From an uncultured Solirubrobacteraceae bacterium (GTDB taxonomy: Bacteria; Actinomycetota; Thermoleophilia; Solirubrobacterales; Solirubrobacteraceae): 64,000 nucleotides of DNA. This document shows positions 31,632-40,704 of this stretch, one piece after another. The notes below the pieces were generated by a model. That model ran no database searches, was not told the DNA's origin, and saw nothing but the letters and a program-made list of their open reading frames with translations. The stretch covers positions 22,247 to 86,246 of the forward strand of contig CAWJNZ010000006.1 in assembly GCA_963844405.1 (NCBI GenBank). Direction: 5' to 3'. Position numbers and translations under genes: made by a program. Position 1 is the stretch's first letter, and every line of letters begins with the position of its first letter.

Positions 31632-32635
31632 ACGTCGTGACGCCGCTCCGGCAGTAGGCCTCCGGGCCACAGGAGCATGACGACCACGAGCAGCAGGCCG
31701 TAGATGCCGGACGCGATCTCGGACAGGTCGAAGTCCAGGCCCAGGTCGCGGGGGATGCCGTAGAGGACGTTCGGCAGCAGATGGCTGTTGACGACCGAGA
31801 GCACGATCGCGCCGGCGACGACGCCCCAGATCGAGCCCAGCCCGCCGAGCACGACCATGGCGAGGATGAAGATCGAGAACGACAGGGTGAACTGCGTCGG
31901 GTTGACGGTGCCCAGGTAGGACGCGAGGAACGCGCCCGACACCCCGCCCAGCGCGGCTCCCACCCCGTAGGCCAGCAGCTTCGTGCGCACGACGGGGACG
32001 CCCGCGCTCGCCGCCGCGCCCTCGTCCTCGCGCACCGCGATCCAGGCGCGCCCCAGGCGCGAGTCGCGCAGCCGGACGTTGACGAACAGCATCAGCGCGA
32101 CGAGCGCGAGGGCGAACCAGTACCAGGGGCGCAGGTCCAGCGCACCGAAGGGCTCGAGGAGCGGCAGGTCGATCCGGTCGATGACCGAGATGCCCTGGGG
32201 GCCGCCGGTGAGCGATCCGCCGAAGACCTCGATGTCGCCGCCGTTGCGCACGACCTGCCCGATGATCTCGCCGAACGCCAGCGTGACGATGCCGACGTAG
32301 CCGCCGCGCAGCCGCAACGTCGGCACGCCGATGAGGACGCCGGCCGCGGTGGTCACGACCATCGCGAGCACGAGGACGACGAGGAAGTCGAGGTGGATCC
32401 CCCAGAACGCGGATCCGAAGTACGCGGCGACGTGGGCGCCGATCGCGAAGAACGCCACGTAGCCGAGGTCGAGCAGGCCGGCGAAGCCGACCACCACGTT
32501 CAGGCCCAGCGCCATGATCACGTAGGCCGCCGCCAGGACCATGCTCTCGAGCGCGGCGCCGGACTCGCCGACGAGGAGCGGCAGGACGGCGGCGAGGCCG
32601 AAGCCCGCGCCGGCGAGCACGCGGCCGGAGCTCAT
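31628..32635 (-). CDS. livM: Branched-chain amino acid ABC transporter permease (LivM type), orphan
   Basis: ALGLNVVVGFAGLLDLGYVAFFAIGA, TLRLRGGYVGIVTLAFGEI and AVREDEGAAASAGV motifs. The ATG at 32635 overlaps the upstream stop. Confidence 0.85.
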   Translation of the reverse strand: MSSGRVLAGAGFGLAAVLPLLVGESGAALESMVLAAAYVIMALGLNVVVGFAGLLDLGYVAFFAIGAHVAAYFGSAFWGIHLDFLVVLVLAMVVTTAAGVLIGVPTLRLRGGYVGIVTLAFGEIIGQVVRNGGDIEVFGGSLTGGPQGISVIDRIDLPLLEPFGALDLRPWYWFALALVALMLFVNVRLRDSRLGRAWIAVREDEGAAASAGVPVVRTKLLAYGVGAALGGVSGAFLASYLGTVNPTQFTLSFSIFILAMVVLGGLGSIWGVVAGAIVLSVVNSHLLPNVLYGIPRDLGLDFDLSEIASGIYGLLLVVVMLLWPGGLLPERRHDV

Positions 32636-33219
32636 CTCCGGCGCCGGTAGTAGGTGCGGTTCTTCGTCCGGTTGCCGCAGATCGACATGGCGCACCACGT
32701 CGCCGACCGGTTCTTCGAGCGGTCGAAGAACGCGTAGCCGCACTCGCGGCAGCCCTTCAGACGCAGCCAATGACCGGTGAGCTGCGCCTCGTGGAGGATG
32801 CCGAGGAGGGTCGCCACGGCCCCGTCGACGCCCCGACCCGCGGGCTCGAGGGCGGATCGGCCGGCGGCGTCGATCGTGACCGCGAGCCGAGTGGTGCGGG
32901 TGACCTCGCGGATGACGTCCGTCGCCGCGGCTGCCGGCGCGCCTCCCTGGTTCGCGACCGCGAGGGCCCGGATCGCCTCCCGCAACTCGCGGAGGCGCGC
33001 CGCGTCGGCCTCCGAGATCCGGTCGCCCGCGGCTACGAGCCCCTTCTCCCGCAGCCAGGCCTGCGCCTTCTCCGCGGTGCCGATCCGATCCCACTCGCGC
33101 GGGAAGTCGTGGTTGTACGAGTTGACGAAGCGCTGGAGCAGCTCGAGCCGGCCGGGTGCCTTCGGCCGGCCGCCGGGCTCGACCTGCTCGCCGACCCGTC
33201 GCTTGTCGCGTTCGTCCAC
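32632..33219 (-). CDS. CGNR zinc-finger (ABATE-domain) protein
   Basis: C-terminal CRECGYAFFDRSKNRSATWCAMSICGNRTKNRTYY is the CGNR signature. Confidence 0.85.
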   Translation of the reverse strand: MDERDKRRVGEQVEPGGRPKAPGRLELLQRFVNSYNHDFPREWDRIGTAEKAQAWLREKGLVAAGDRISEADAARLRELREAIRALAVANQGGAPAAAATDVIREVTRTTRLAVTIDAAGRSALEPAGRGVDGAVATLLGILHEAQLTGHWLRLKGCRECGYAFFDRSKNRSATWCAMSICGNRTKNRTYYRRRR

Positions 33220-33244
33220 CTGACCAGCATAAGCGTGATGCTGG

Positions 33245-34561
33245 TCAGATACGAGGCTTCAGGCTCGCACCCAGGTCCTCGTAGAGCGCTCGCGCCGACC
33301 TGCGGCCCAGCTCGAGGCCATGGAGGGAGAAGGACTCGTCGGGCGCGTGGAAGTTGTCCTGCGGGAGGCCGAAGCCGGAGACGATGGCCGGGATCCCGCG
33401 GTCGGCGAACGAGGCGAGGATCGGGAGGGTGCCGCCGGTGCGCAGGAGCACCGGCTCGCGGCCGCAGGCGCGCTCCAGGGCGCCGCGGGCGATCCGCAGG
33501 GCGGGGGCGGCGGGGTCGAAGCGCGACGGCGAGGCCGTGCCGGTCTTGAGCTCGAGCTGCGCGCCGGTGGGCAGCGCGCCGCGCAGGAGCTCCTCGAGGG
33601 CGGCCGCGATGGTCGCGGGGTCCTGGCCCGGCGCCAGCCGGACTGACAGGTCACAGTGCGCCTCCGGCGGCACGATCGTGCGCGTCTCGCCGCCCGCGAT
33701 GCGGTGGACGTCGAGCGAGGCGTCGGCGGTCGTGCGCTCGTAGTACTCCGCGGCGGCGCGATCGTCCGCCGGCACCGCCCCGGCCTCGGCGATCACCGTC
33801 GCGCCGTCCGGCAGCGAGGCCCAGGCCGCGCGCTCCTCGTCCGTCGGCGGCACGATGCCCTGGCGCAGTGGCGCGGGGACGGGCAGCACGGCGCCGAGGA
33901 CCGCGTGCAGCGCGTGCAGGGCGTTGAGGGCGGCGCCGCCGTACATGCCGGAGTGCGCGGGCCGCTCGCCGGTGCGCACGGTCAGGTGCGCGAAGACCAT
34001 CCCGCGCGTGGCGACGGTCAGCGCCGGCGTCTCCGGGTCGAGCATCCCCGCGTCGAACACGACGACGCAGTCGGCGCCGCGCTCGTCGGCCTCGACCCAG
34101 TCGTTGACGTCGGTGGCGCCGGTCTCCTCGCCGCCCTCGATCAGCACGCGCACGTTGACCGGCAGCTCGCCGGCGTCGGCCATCGCGCAGGCCACGTGCA
34201 GGAGCGGGAGGAAGTTGCCCTTGTCGTCGCAGGCGCCGCGGGCGTAGAGCCGGCCGTCGCGGATGTCGGGCTCGAACGGCGGCGTCGTCCACGCCGCAGG
34301 GTCGCCGGGATCCTGCACGTCGTAGTGGCCGTAGATGAGCACCGTGGGCGCGTCGTCGCGTGCGCGGAGCTCTCCGACCACCAGCGGCGCGCCGCCCGGC
34401 GTGTCGACGAGCTCGCAGGTGCCGCCGGCCGCCAGCACGCGCCGCTGCGCCCACAGCGCGGCCTCGCGGAGCGCCTCGACGTTGCGGGCGCCGGCCGAGA
34501 TCGAGGGGATCCGCAGCCAGTCGGCCGCCTCGTGGATCAGCGCGTCGAGCTCGTCGCTCAC
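33245..34561 (-). CDS. M20-family dipeptidase
   Basis: IYGHYDVQDPGD and ARGACDDKGNF motifs. 438 aa. ATGA-type overlap with the accA stop. Confidence 0.85.
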   Translation of the reverse strand: MSDELDALIHEAADWLRIPSISAGARNVEALREAALWAQRRVLAAGGTCELVDTPGGAPLVVGELRARDDAPTVLIYGHYDVQDPGDPAAWTTPPFEPDIRDGRLYARGACDDKGNFLPLLHVACAMADAGELPVNVRVLIEGGEETGATDVNDWVEADERGADCVVVFDAGMLDPETPALTVATRGMVFAHLTVRTGERPAHSGMYGGAALNALHALHAVLGAVLPVPAPLRQGIVPPTDEERAAWASLPDGATVIAEAGAVPADDRAAAEYYERTTADASLDVHRIAGGETRTIVPPEAHCDLSVRLAPGQDPATIAAALEELLRGALPTGAQLELKTGTASPSRFDPAAPALRIARGALERACGREPVLLRTGGTLPILASFADRGIPAIVSGFGLPQDNFHAPDESFSLHGLELGRRSARALYEDLGASLKPRI

Positions 34562-36300
34562 TTGATGACGGCGAGCGTGTCGCCGCTGGCCACGGCGGCG
34601 CCCTCGGAGATCGGGAGCTCGGCCACCGTGCCCGCCTTGTGGGCCGTGATCTCGTTCTCCATCTTCATCGCCTCGATGATGCAGATCAGCGCGCCCTCCT
34701 CGACCTCGGCGCCCTGCTGGACCAGCACCTTGAAGACGTTGCCCTGGAGCGGCGAGGTCAGCGTGTCGCCGGAGGCTCCGCCGCCGCCGCTCTTGCGCTC
34801 GCGCCGCGGCGCCGGGCGCGCGGCAGGCGCGGCTCCGTTGGGCGGCGGCGCCTCACCATGCACGATGACGTCGAAGCGCTTGCCGGACACCTCGACGAGG
34901 TACGTGCGCTCGACCTTCTCGGCCTCGTCGGGCTTCTCCGGCTTCGGCTGCGCGAGCTCCTTGAGCCACGCCTTGTCCTCGATCAGGTCGCGGCACGTCT
35001 CCGCCTTGGCCCACTGCTCGGAGGCCATGATCGCCTTGTGGAAGGGGATCAGCGTGCGGACGCCCTCGATCTGGAACTCGTCGAGCGCGCGCAGCATCCG
35101 CCGGGTGGCCTTCTCGCGGTCGGCGTCCCAGACGATCAGCTTGGCGATCATCGGGTCGTAGAGCGGCGTGATCTCGCTGCCGGCGAGCACGCCGGAGTCG
35201 ATCCGCACGCCCGGCCCCGCCGGCTCGAAGTAGCTCGTGATCGTGCCGGGCGCGGGGGCGAAGTTCTTGGCGGCGTCCTCGGCGTTGATCCGGCACTCGA
35301 TCGCGTGGCCGTGCCAGCGGATGTCCTCCTGCCCGAACGAGAGCTCCTCGCCCGTCGCGATGAGGATCTGCTCGCGCACGATGTCGACGCCCGTCGTCTC
35401 CTCGGTCACGCAGTGCTCGACCTGCACGCGCGTGTTCATCTCGAGGAAGTAGTACTCGCCGTCCTGGAGCAGGCCCTCGATCGTCCCGGCCGAGTGGTAG
35501 CCGACCGCGCGCGCGGCCTCGACGGCGATCTCGCCGATCCTGGCGCGCAACTCGTCGTCGACCATCGGGGCGGGCGACTCCTCGATCAGCTTCTGGTGCC
35601 GGCGCTGGATCGAGCAGTCGCGCTCGCCGAGGTGGACGACGTTGCCGTGCTTGTCGGCCAGCACCTGGACCTCGACGTGGCGCGGGTCGGGCAGGTAGCG
35701 CTCGAGGTAGACGGTCGCGTCGCTGAAGAACTTCTCGCCCTCGCGCGCCGCGCCCTCGAAGGCCTCCTGCAGCTTGTCCGGCTCGAGCGCGACGCGGAAG
35801 CCCTTGCCGCCGCCGCCGCCCGCGGCCTTGACGGCGATCGGGTAGCCGATGTCCTCGGCGATCTCTCGCGCCGCCTCGAGCGACTCGACGGCCTCGGTCG
35901 TGCCCGGGACGATCGGGACGCCGGCCTCCTTCATCAGCTCGCGGGCGCGGGTCTTCGAGCCCATCGCCTCGATCGCCTTGGCGGGCGGGCCGATGAAGGT
36001 GATCCCCGCCTCCTCGAGCCGCTGGGCGAAGGCGGCGTTCTCGGCCAGGAAGCCGTAGCCGGGGTGGACGGCCTCGGCGCCGGACCGCTCGATCACCTCG
36101 AGCAGCTTGTCGACGTTGAGGTAGGACTCGGCGGCGGGCCCGGGGCCGAGCAGGAAGGCCTCGCCGGCGCGCTTGACGTGCTGCGACTCGCGGTCGGCCT
36201 CGCTGTAGACCGCCACCGAGGCGATGCCGAGCTCGTCGAGGGCGCGGATGACGCGCACGGCGATCTCTCCGCGATTGGCGACGAGCACTTTCGAGAACAT
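34558..36300 (-). CDS. accA: Acyl-CoA carboxylase alpha subunit (biotin carboxylase + BCCP)
   Basis: MFSKVLVANRGEIAVRVIRA, GGGGKG, EMNTRVQVEH and a C-terminal EAMKMEN biotinylation motif. Confidence 0.95.
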   Translation of the reverse strand: MFSKVLVANRGEIAVRVIRALDELGIASVAVYSEADRESQHVKRAGEAFLLGPGPAAESYLNVDKLLEVIERSGAEAVHPGYGFLAENAAFAQRLEEAGITFIGPPAKAIEAMGSKTRARELMKEAGVPIVPGTTEAVESLEAAREIAEDIGYPIAVKAAGGGGGKGFRVALEPDKLQEAFEGAAREGEKFFSDATVYLERYLPDPRHVEVQVLADKHGNVVHLGERDCSIQRRHQKLIEESPAPMVDDELRARIGEIAVEAARAVGYHSAGTIEGLLQDGEYYFLEMNTRVQVEHCVTEETTGVDIVREQILIATGEELSFGQEDIRWHGHAIECRINAEDAAKNFAPAPGTITSYFEPAGPGVRIDSGVLAGSEITPLYDPMIAKLIVWDADREKATRRMLRALDEFQIEGVRTLIPFHKAIMASEQWAKAETCRDLIEDKAWLKELAQPKPEKPDEAEKVERTYLVEVSGKRFDVIVHGEAPPPNGAAPAARPAPRRERKSGGGGASGDTLTSPLQGNVFKVLVQQGAEVEEGALICIIEAMKMENEITAHKAGTVAELPISEGAAVASGDTLAVIK

Positions 36301-36910
36301 GGAGCGGGTGATGCTATCTCGCGACCGCCTGATACTCGTCCGGCACGGAGAGTCGACCTGGAACGCCGAGGAGCTGCTCCAGGGACAGCTCGATCCGCCG
36401 CTGTCCGAGCGCGGCCGCGAGCAGTCGCGGGCGCTCGCCGCGGTGCTGAACGGTGTGCCTGGGGATCGCGTCATCTCCAGCGATCTAGGGCGCGCCCGCG
36501 AGACCGCCGAGCTGCTGGGCGTGCGCCCCGCGCGGTTCGACGCGCGCTGGCGCGAGATCGACGTCGGCGAGTGGGGCGGCCGGCCAGCCGCCGAGATCGA
36601 CGCCCAGGGGTCGGCGCTCACGAACTGGCGCGGCGGCCCGCGGAAGGCCCCGAGCGGCGAGTCGTGGAACGACTTCTCGGCGCGGGTGGCCGGCGCCGTC
36701 GACGAGCTGATCGAGGCCGGCGGCCCGTGGCTCGTGGTCTGCCACGGCGGCTGCATCCGCGCCGCGGCGGCGCACGTGACCGGCGCCGACGCGCTGGCGC
36801 TCGGCTCGCCGCCGAACGCCAGCGCCACGGTCTTCGAGCTGGGCCCGCGGCCGCGCCTGCTCGTCTACGGCTCGCTGCCCGACGGCGGGCTGCCGACCGG
36901 GCTGTACTGA
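36299..36910 (+). CDS. Histidine phosphatase family protein (phosphoglycerate mutase-like)
   Basis: LILVRHGESTWN catalytic motif. Start is the ATG at 36299 (overlapping the accA start on the other strand) or the ATG at 36311. Confidence 0.85.
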   Translation: MERVMLSRDRLILVRHGESTWNAEELLQGQLDPPLSERGREQSRALAAVLNGVPGDRVISSDLGRARETAELLGVRPARFDARWREIDVGEWGGRPAAEIDAQGSALTNWRGGPRKAPSGESWNDFSARVAGAVDELIEAGGPWLVVCHGGCIRAAAAHVTGADALALGSPPNASATVFELGPRPRLLVYGSLPDGGLPTGLY

Positions 36911-36926
36911 GTGCGTACGCGCCCGA

Positions 36927-37628
36927 TTGCGGCGCCCGCGAAGATATGCGCAAGTTCCGTTGAGCGGGGTCGTTGGAGCGGTCGTGATCCCCAACGGAGC
37001 GATCGGAGCGCGGTTCTCCCCGGACGGCGAGACGCTCTACCTCACCGACGCGACCGGCCTCGGGATCTACGACCTCGCGAACCCCGCTTCGCCGCAGATG
37101 CGCTCGCACGTGCCGCTGCCGCGGATCGACGCCGACGGTGCCATGCACCTGGTCGACGTGAGCGACCCTGGGGCGCCGCGCATCGTCGAGACGCGGCCGG
37201 CGCCGGGTGACCTGACCGTCTACGACGTGCGTGACCTGTCGCGGCTGCCGCTCGCGCGCCGCCGCAGCGACGAGGAGCTCGCCTGGGTCGCCGGCGAGGA
37301 GTGCACCTTCGCCTTCGACATCACCGATCCCGTCCGGCCGCGCTTCGTTCTCGGCGGCCCGGGCAAGCCGCAGCCGGGCCATTGGCTGCTGCTGGGAGCG
37401 CTCACGGCGACCGCTCGCGGGCGCGCCTGGCCGGACCGTGGCACGTCGATCGGCTTCTACGCCAGCACCGCACGCTTCTGGGGCGCCTACCTCGCCCCTT
37501 CAGACTGCCCGCCGCTGGGGTCGCGTGGCAGAGACGCTGAGCGAGTACCGCTCAGTCCGATAGGAGAGCTGGGTCGGTCCGCTTCATGGGGCCGCGGGCC
37601 GACCCCCTCTCCGCCCGCGCTCGCATAG
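36927..37628 (+). pseudogene. Degenerate LVIVD-like repeat fragment
   Basis: GLGIYDLANPASPQ, MHLVDVSDPGAPRIV, LTVYDVRDLSRLP and FAFDITDPVRPRF resemble the blades of the protein at 11227..12711. They are spaced far too closely for a full propeller. No signal peptide. The 3' end overlaps the convergent gene. Confidence 0.3.
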
Positions 37629-38159
37629 GGCGACCAGCTCGCGCACGACATCGGTGCTCGTGGTCGGCGCCAGCTCGACGAGCTCGCCCACCGGACGCAC
37701 GCGCCAGATGCCGCCGCCGCCTTCGAGCACCTCGAGGTTGCGGCGCCACGCACCGGCCTCGAAGCGCACGGTCCAGTGCCGGACGCCGGCTTCCAGACGC
37801 CGCTGCAGGCCGGTCGCCACCTCGGGCTCGAGGCCGTGGCCGTGCGCCTCGCCGCGACCGATGACGACGGCCATCGCGCCCGGGTCCAGCCGGATCGCCG
37901 GCTCGCGCGGCCGCGGCCGGGCCCCCATGTCGAGCCACGCGATCAGCGCCGGCGGCACGTGCTCGGCCGCGATCTCCAGCAGCGCCCGCTCGCCGCCGGG
38001 CCGGTCGGTCACCAGCACGCACGGGTCGCCGCCGAGCACCTCGGCCCGCCGCATCTCGCCCTCGGTCCAGATCCGGAAGGTCGCCTCGCGCGACTCGAGG
38101 ACCGCCTGCACCGCACTCGCCGGGCCGACGAGCTCGCCGCTCTCCGGGTCCGGCCTCAT
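37584..38159 (-). CDS. Hypothetical protein, last gene of the toxin cassette (faint EspG-like flavour)
   Basis: The ATG at 38159 overlaps the upstream stop (ATGA). 191 aa (MRPDPESGELVGP...GIWRVRPVGELVELAPTTSTDVVRELVALC). Coding-type G/C third-position bias. Confidence 0.6.
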   Translation of the reverse strand: MRPDPESGELVGPASAVQAVLESREATFRIWTEGEMRRAEVLGGDPCVLVTDRPGGERALLEIAAEHVPPALIAWLDMGARPRPREPAIRLDPGAMAVVIGRGEAHGHGLEPEVATGLQRRLEAGVRHWTVRFEAGAWRRNLEVLEGGGGIWRVRPVGELVELAPTTSTDVVRELVALCERGRRGGRPAAP

Positions 38160-38554
38160 CGGAGCCTGAAGGTCGCCGCCACGGCGGCCAGACGCGGTCC
38201 CCACAGCGGCTGGTCGGCGAGCGCGGTGGTCGCGGCCAGCGTCCAGCGCCGGCCGCCGGCGAGCAGCCGCCACTGCTCGCTCGCCGTCGGCACCGCGGCG
38301 ATGTGCAGGGAGAACGTCCGCACGGCGTCGAGGCCGCCGATCCGCACCGGCTCGCGATCGAGCAGCAGGTCGTCGCGCAGCAGCCGCGCCAGGTCCTCCT
38401 CGACCACCGCCTCCAGCGTCACGCCCGCCGGCTCGTCGAGCCACGCCACGGCGAGCACGCCCTTCTCGGCGCCGAACACCACGCCCTCCTCGAACACCGC
38501 CCGCGGCTCCGGCTCGAGCCACCCGCCCGGGTCCAACGCGAACGGCAGCGTCAC
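38156..38554 (-). CDS. Hypothetical 132-aa protein of the toxin cassette
   Basis: The GTG at 38554 overlaps the immunity-gene stop (GTGA). MTLPFALDPGGWLEPEP...LAATTALADQPLWGPRLAAVAATFRLR. No motif I can name with confidence. Confidence 0.6.
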   Translation of the reverse strand: MTLPFALDPGGWLEPEPRAVFEEGVVFGAEKGVLAVAWLDEPAGVTLEAVVEEDLARLLRDDLLLDREPVRIGGLDAVRTFSLHIAAVPTASEQWRLLAGGRRWTLAATTALADQPLWGPRLAAVAATFRLR

Positions 38555-39060
38555 CGCCCGAACAGGCGCTTGAGCCCCTTGCGCGGGGGCTCCGGCTCGT
38601 CGCTGTCCTCCTCGAGGCCGTCCAGGAACGTCCGCAGGTCGGGCGCGACCCAGAACAGGTCGTCCTCGGACGGCGGATCGCTCTGGAACTCGTGGTCCCA
38701 GAACAGCACCGGCCCGTCGCGGCCGTCGCGGCCGTCGAGCACGATGAGGTTTCCGAAGTTGTCCGTCGCGATCGCCAGCACGTCGGCCGGCAGGCTGTCT
38801 CGCGCGGTGTCGGCGCGCGACACGAGGTCGCCGTTCGGCGATTCGGCGATGCCATAGAAGAGGCGCACGAAGTCTTCCTGCTCACGGTCGTGCTGCTGGA
38901 ACGAGAAGACGTTGCGCACCGGCTTGCCGCCGTCCTGCTCGGCGAGGAACGCCTTGTAGCTCGGCGGAAGGCGCGTCCCGATCTCCGCCAGTCGGGCCTC
39001 GGCCAGCGCCAGCCGCTCGGCCGAGACAGGGGGGCGCTCATCACGGATATCGAGCTTCAT
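38551..39060 (-). CDS. SUKH-superfamily (SMI1/KNR4) immunity protein
   Basis: The ATG at 39060 overlaps the toxin stop (ATGA). LALAEARLAEIGTRLPPSYKAFLAEQDGG...NLIVLDGRDGRDGPVLFWDHE, typical SMI1/KNR4 pattern. 169 aa. Confidence 0.8.
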   Translation of the reverse strand: MKLDIRDERPPVSAERLALAEARLAEIGTRLPPSYKAFLAEQDGGKPVRNVFSFQQHDREQEDFVRLFYGIAESPNGDLVSRADTARDSLPADVLAIATDNFGNLIVLDGRDGRDGPVLFWDHEFQSDPPSEDDLFWVAPDLRTFLDGLEEDSDEPEPPRKGLKRLFGR

Positions 39061-40704
39061 GGTCCGCCCGCCGCCGCGGGTCCGGCCGCCGTCGCCGCGC
39101 CGGCACCACCAAGGCCGCCGAACGCCTGCTCGAGCGGCGTGAACGCGCCACCGGGCGTGACCAGCTCCATCTGGTCCGGCATCGCTGCGCGGCCTCCCGT
39201 GTGCTTCACGGCCTCGTGAAGGTGACTGGGGACGAGTTCCATCCGTCTTCCGTCCTCGGCATGGTGCCACGTGAAGCCGTCCGGAGGCTCGCTCCCAGGG
39301 ATCCCGGCCGCTCGGTTCGCGAGCCTGTTGTCGTTGGTCATCTTTCCGTTGAGCCCCTCGTCGATGTACACGATCTCCTTGGCGTACGGCGTGAAGATCG
39401 GGTAGCCGGCGCGCGAAAAGCGCACGCCCTTCGGGAACTCGCGCGCGAGATCGGCCGTGTCCGGCGGCACGGTGACCCGCGAGCCGGAGTTCGAGCGCGC
39501 GTTCAGGTCGGGCTTCGAGAAGTCCAGCCGGCGGCCGGCGAACGCGGGACCCCACACCGGCGCGTTGGGGCCGAGCGGCTGGATCCTCGCCGGGCCGACG
39601 ATCCGCGGCAGCCGCGTGCCGCGCGAGACCGCGGTCGCCGTGCCGCCGCCCGCCAGGAAGCCGATGCCCATCTGGCCGGTCCAGTCCTCCCAGCGGCCGG
39701 CCGCGAGCTCGTCGTAGCCGATGATCGCCTTGCCGGTCCCGAGCGGGATCGTCGTAGGCGGCGACGCCGACGTCCTTGAGCGCGCCCGGGATCTTCTCCG
39801 GATCGTCGTAGGCCTTCTTGGCGAGGCCGGCCGTGCCGGCGATCACCGTCCACTCGCCGCGGCCGATCTTGAACAGCGACTTCGCGAAGCCCGGCCAGTG
39901 CTCCGGCGGCTCCTGCTCGCTGATCGGGATCGAGCGTGGCTGCGGCCGCGGGACCCCGGCCGCGTCGCTGATGCGGCCCTGCGCCGGCATGCCGGGCAGG
40001 GCGAGGACGCCGGGGGGCACGCCGGCCAGCGCGAAGCGCAGGCCGATGGCGGCCGACTCGGCGTCGTCGGCCGCGTCCTGGCCGTCCTTGCGGGCGGCCT
40101 CGAGGTCGTCCTCCGCCTCCTTCAGCCGGTCGCGGGCGCGCGCCTCGCGCCGCTGCGCCTCCTGGAAGTCCCGCTCGGCCTCGCGGTAGGCGGCGTCGGC
40201 GGCGGCGATCGCGGCCTCGGCGGTGCCGCTGCCCAGCAGCGAGTCGACGGCGTCGGCGAAGAGCTGGAACTCGGCCGCCTCGCGGGCGATGACGGCGGCG
40301 TCCATCCGGTCCTGAGCGTCCTTCTGGGCCTGGACCGCCTCGCGGATCGCCTCCTTGGCGTCGTTGATCTCGTCGCGGGCCCGCTTGGCGCGGACGATCG
40401 CCCGCTGCGCCTTGCGCTGGGCCTCCTCGAGCTGGTCGGCGCCGATCTGGACGCTGATGCCGGCCATCAGCACGGAGCCCGACGCCGACTGCAGCGACAC
40501 GGCCTCCTGGCCGGTCAACAGGGCGAACTGCGAGCTGCCCGGCCCGCACCAGCTGCTCATCAGCGACGGGCTGGCGCCCACCTGCCCGGACGCGTCCTGC
40601 AGCTGGGCGGCCACGCCGCGCAGCGAGCCGGCGGCGGCGGAGAGCGCGTCCGGGTCCCCGCGCGGGACGGTGATCTGCTCGACCGTCTCGCCCGGCCGCG
40701 TCAT
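39057..40704 (-). pseudogene. WXG/T7SS-type polymorphic toxin with C-terminal WHH (HNH/EndoVII) nuclease module, frameshifted near 39745
   Basis: N-terminal helical domain with a WxG motif (LMSSWCGPGSSQF), then a long charged coiled-coil, then ...KDVGVAAYDD. It continues one frame off as IPLGTGKAIIGYDELAAGRWEDW (pre-toxin TG-like). After that come FSRAGYPIFTPYAK and DGFTWHHAEDGRRMELVPSHLHEAVKHTGG (WHH nuclease signature at about 39261..39270). Confidence 0.8.
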
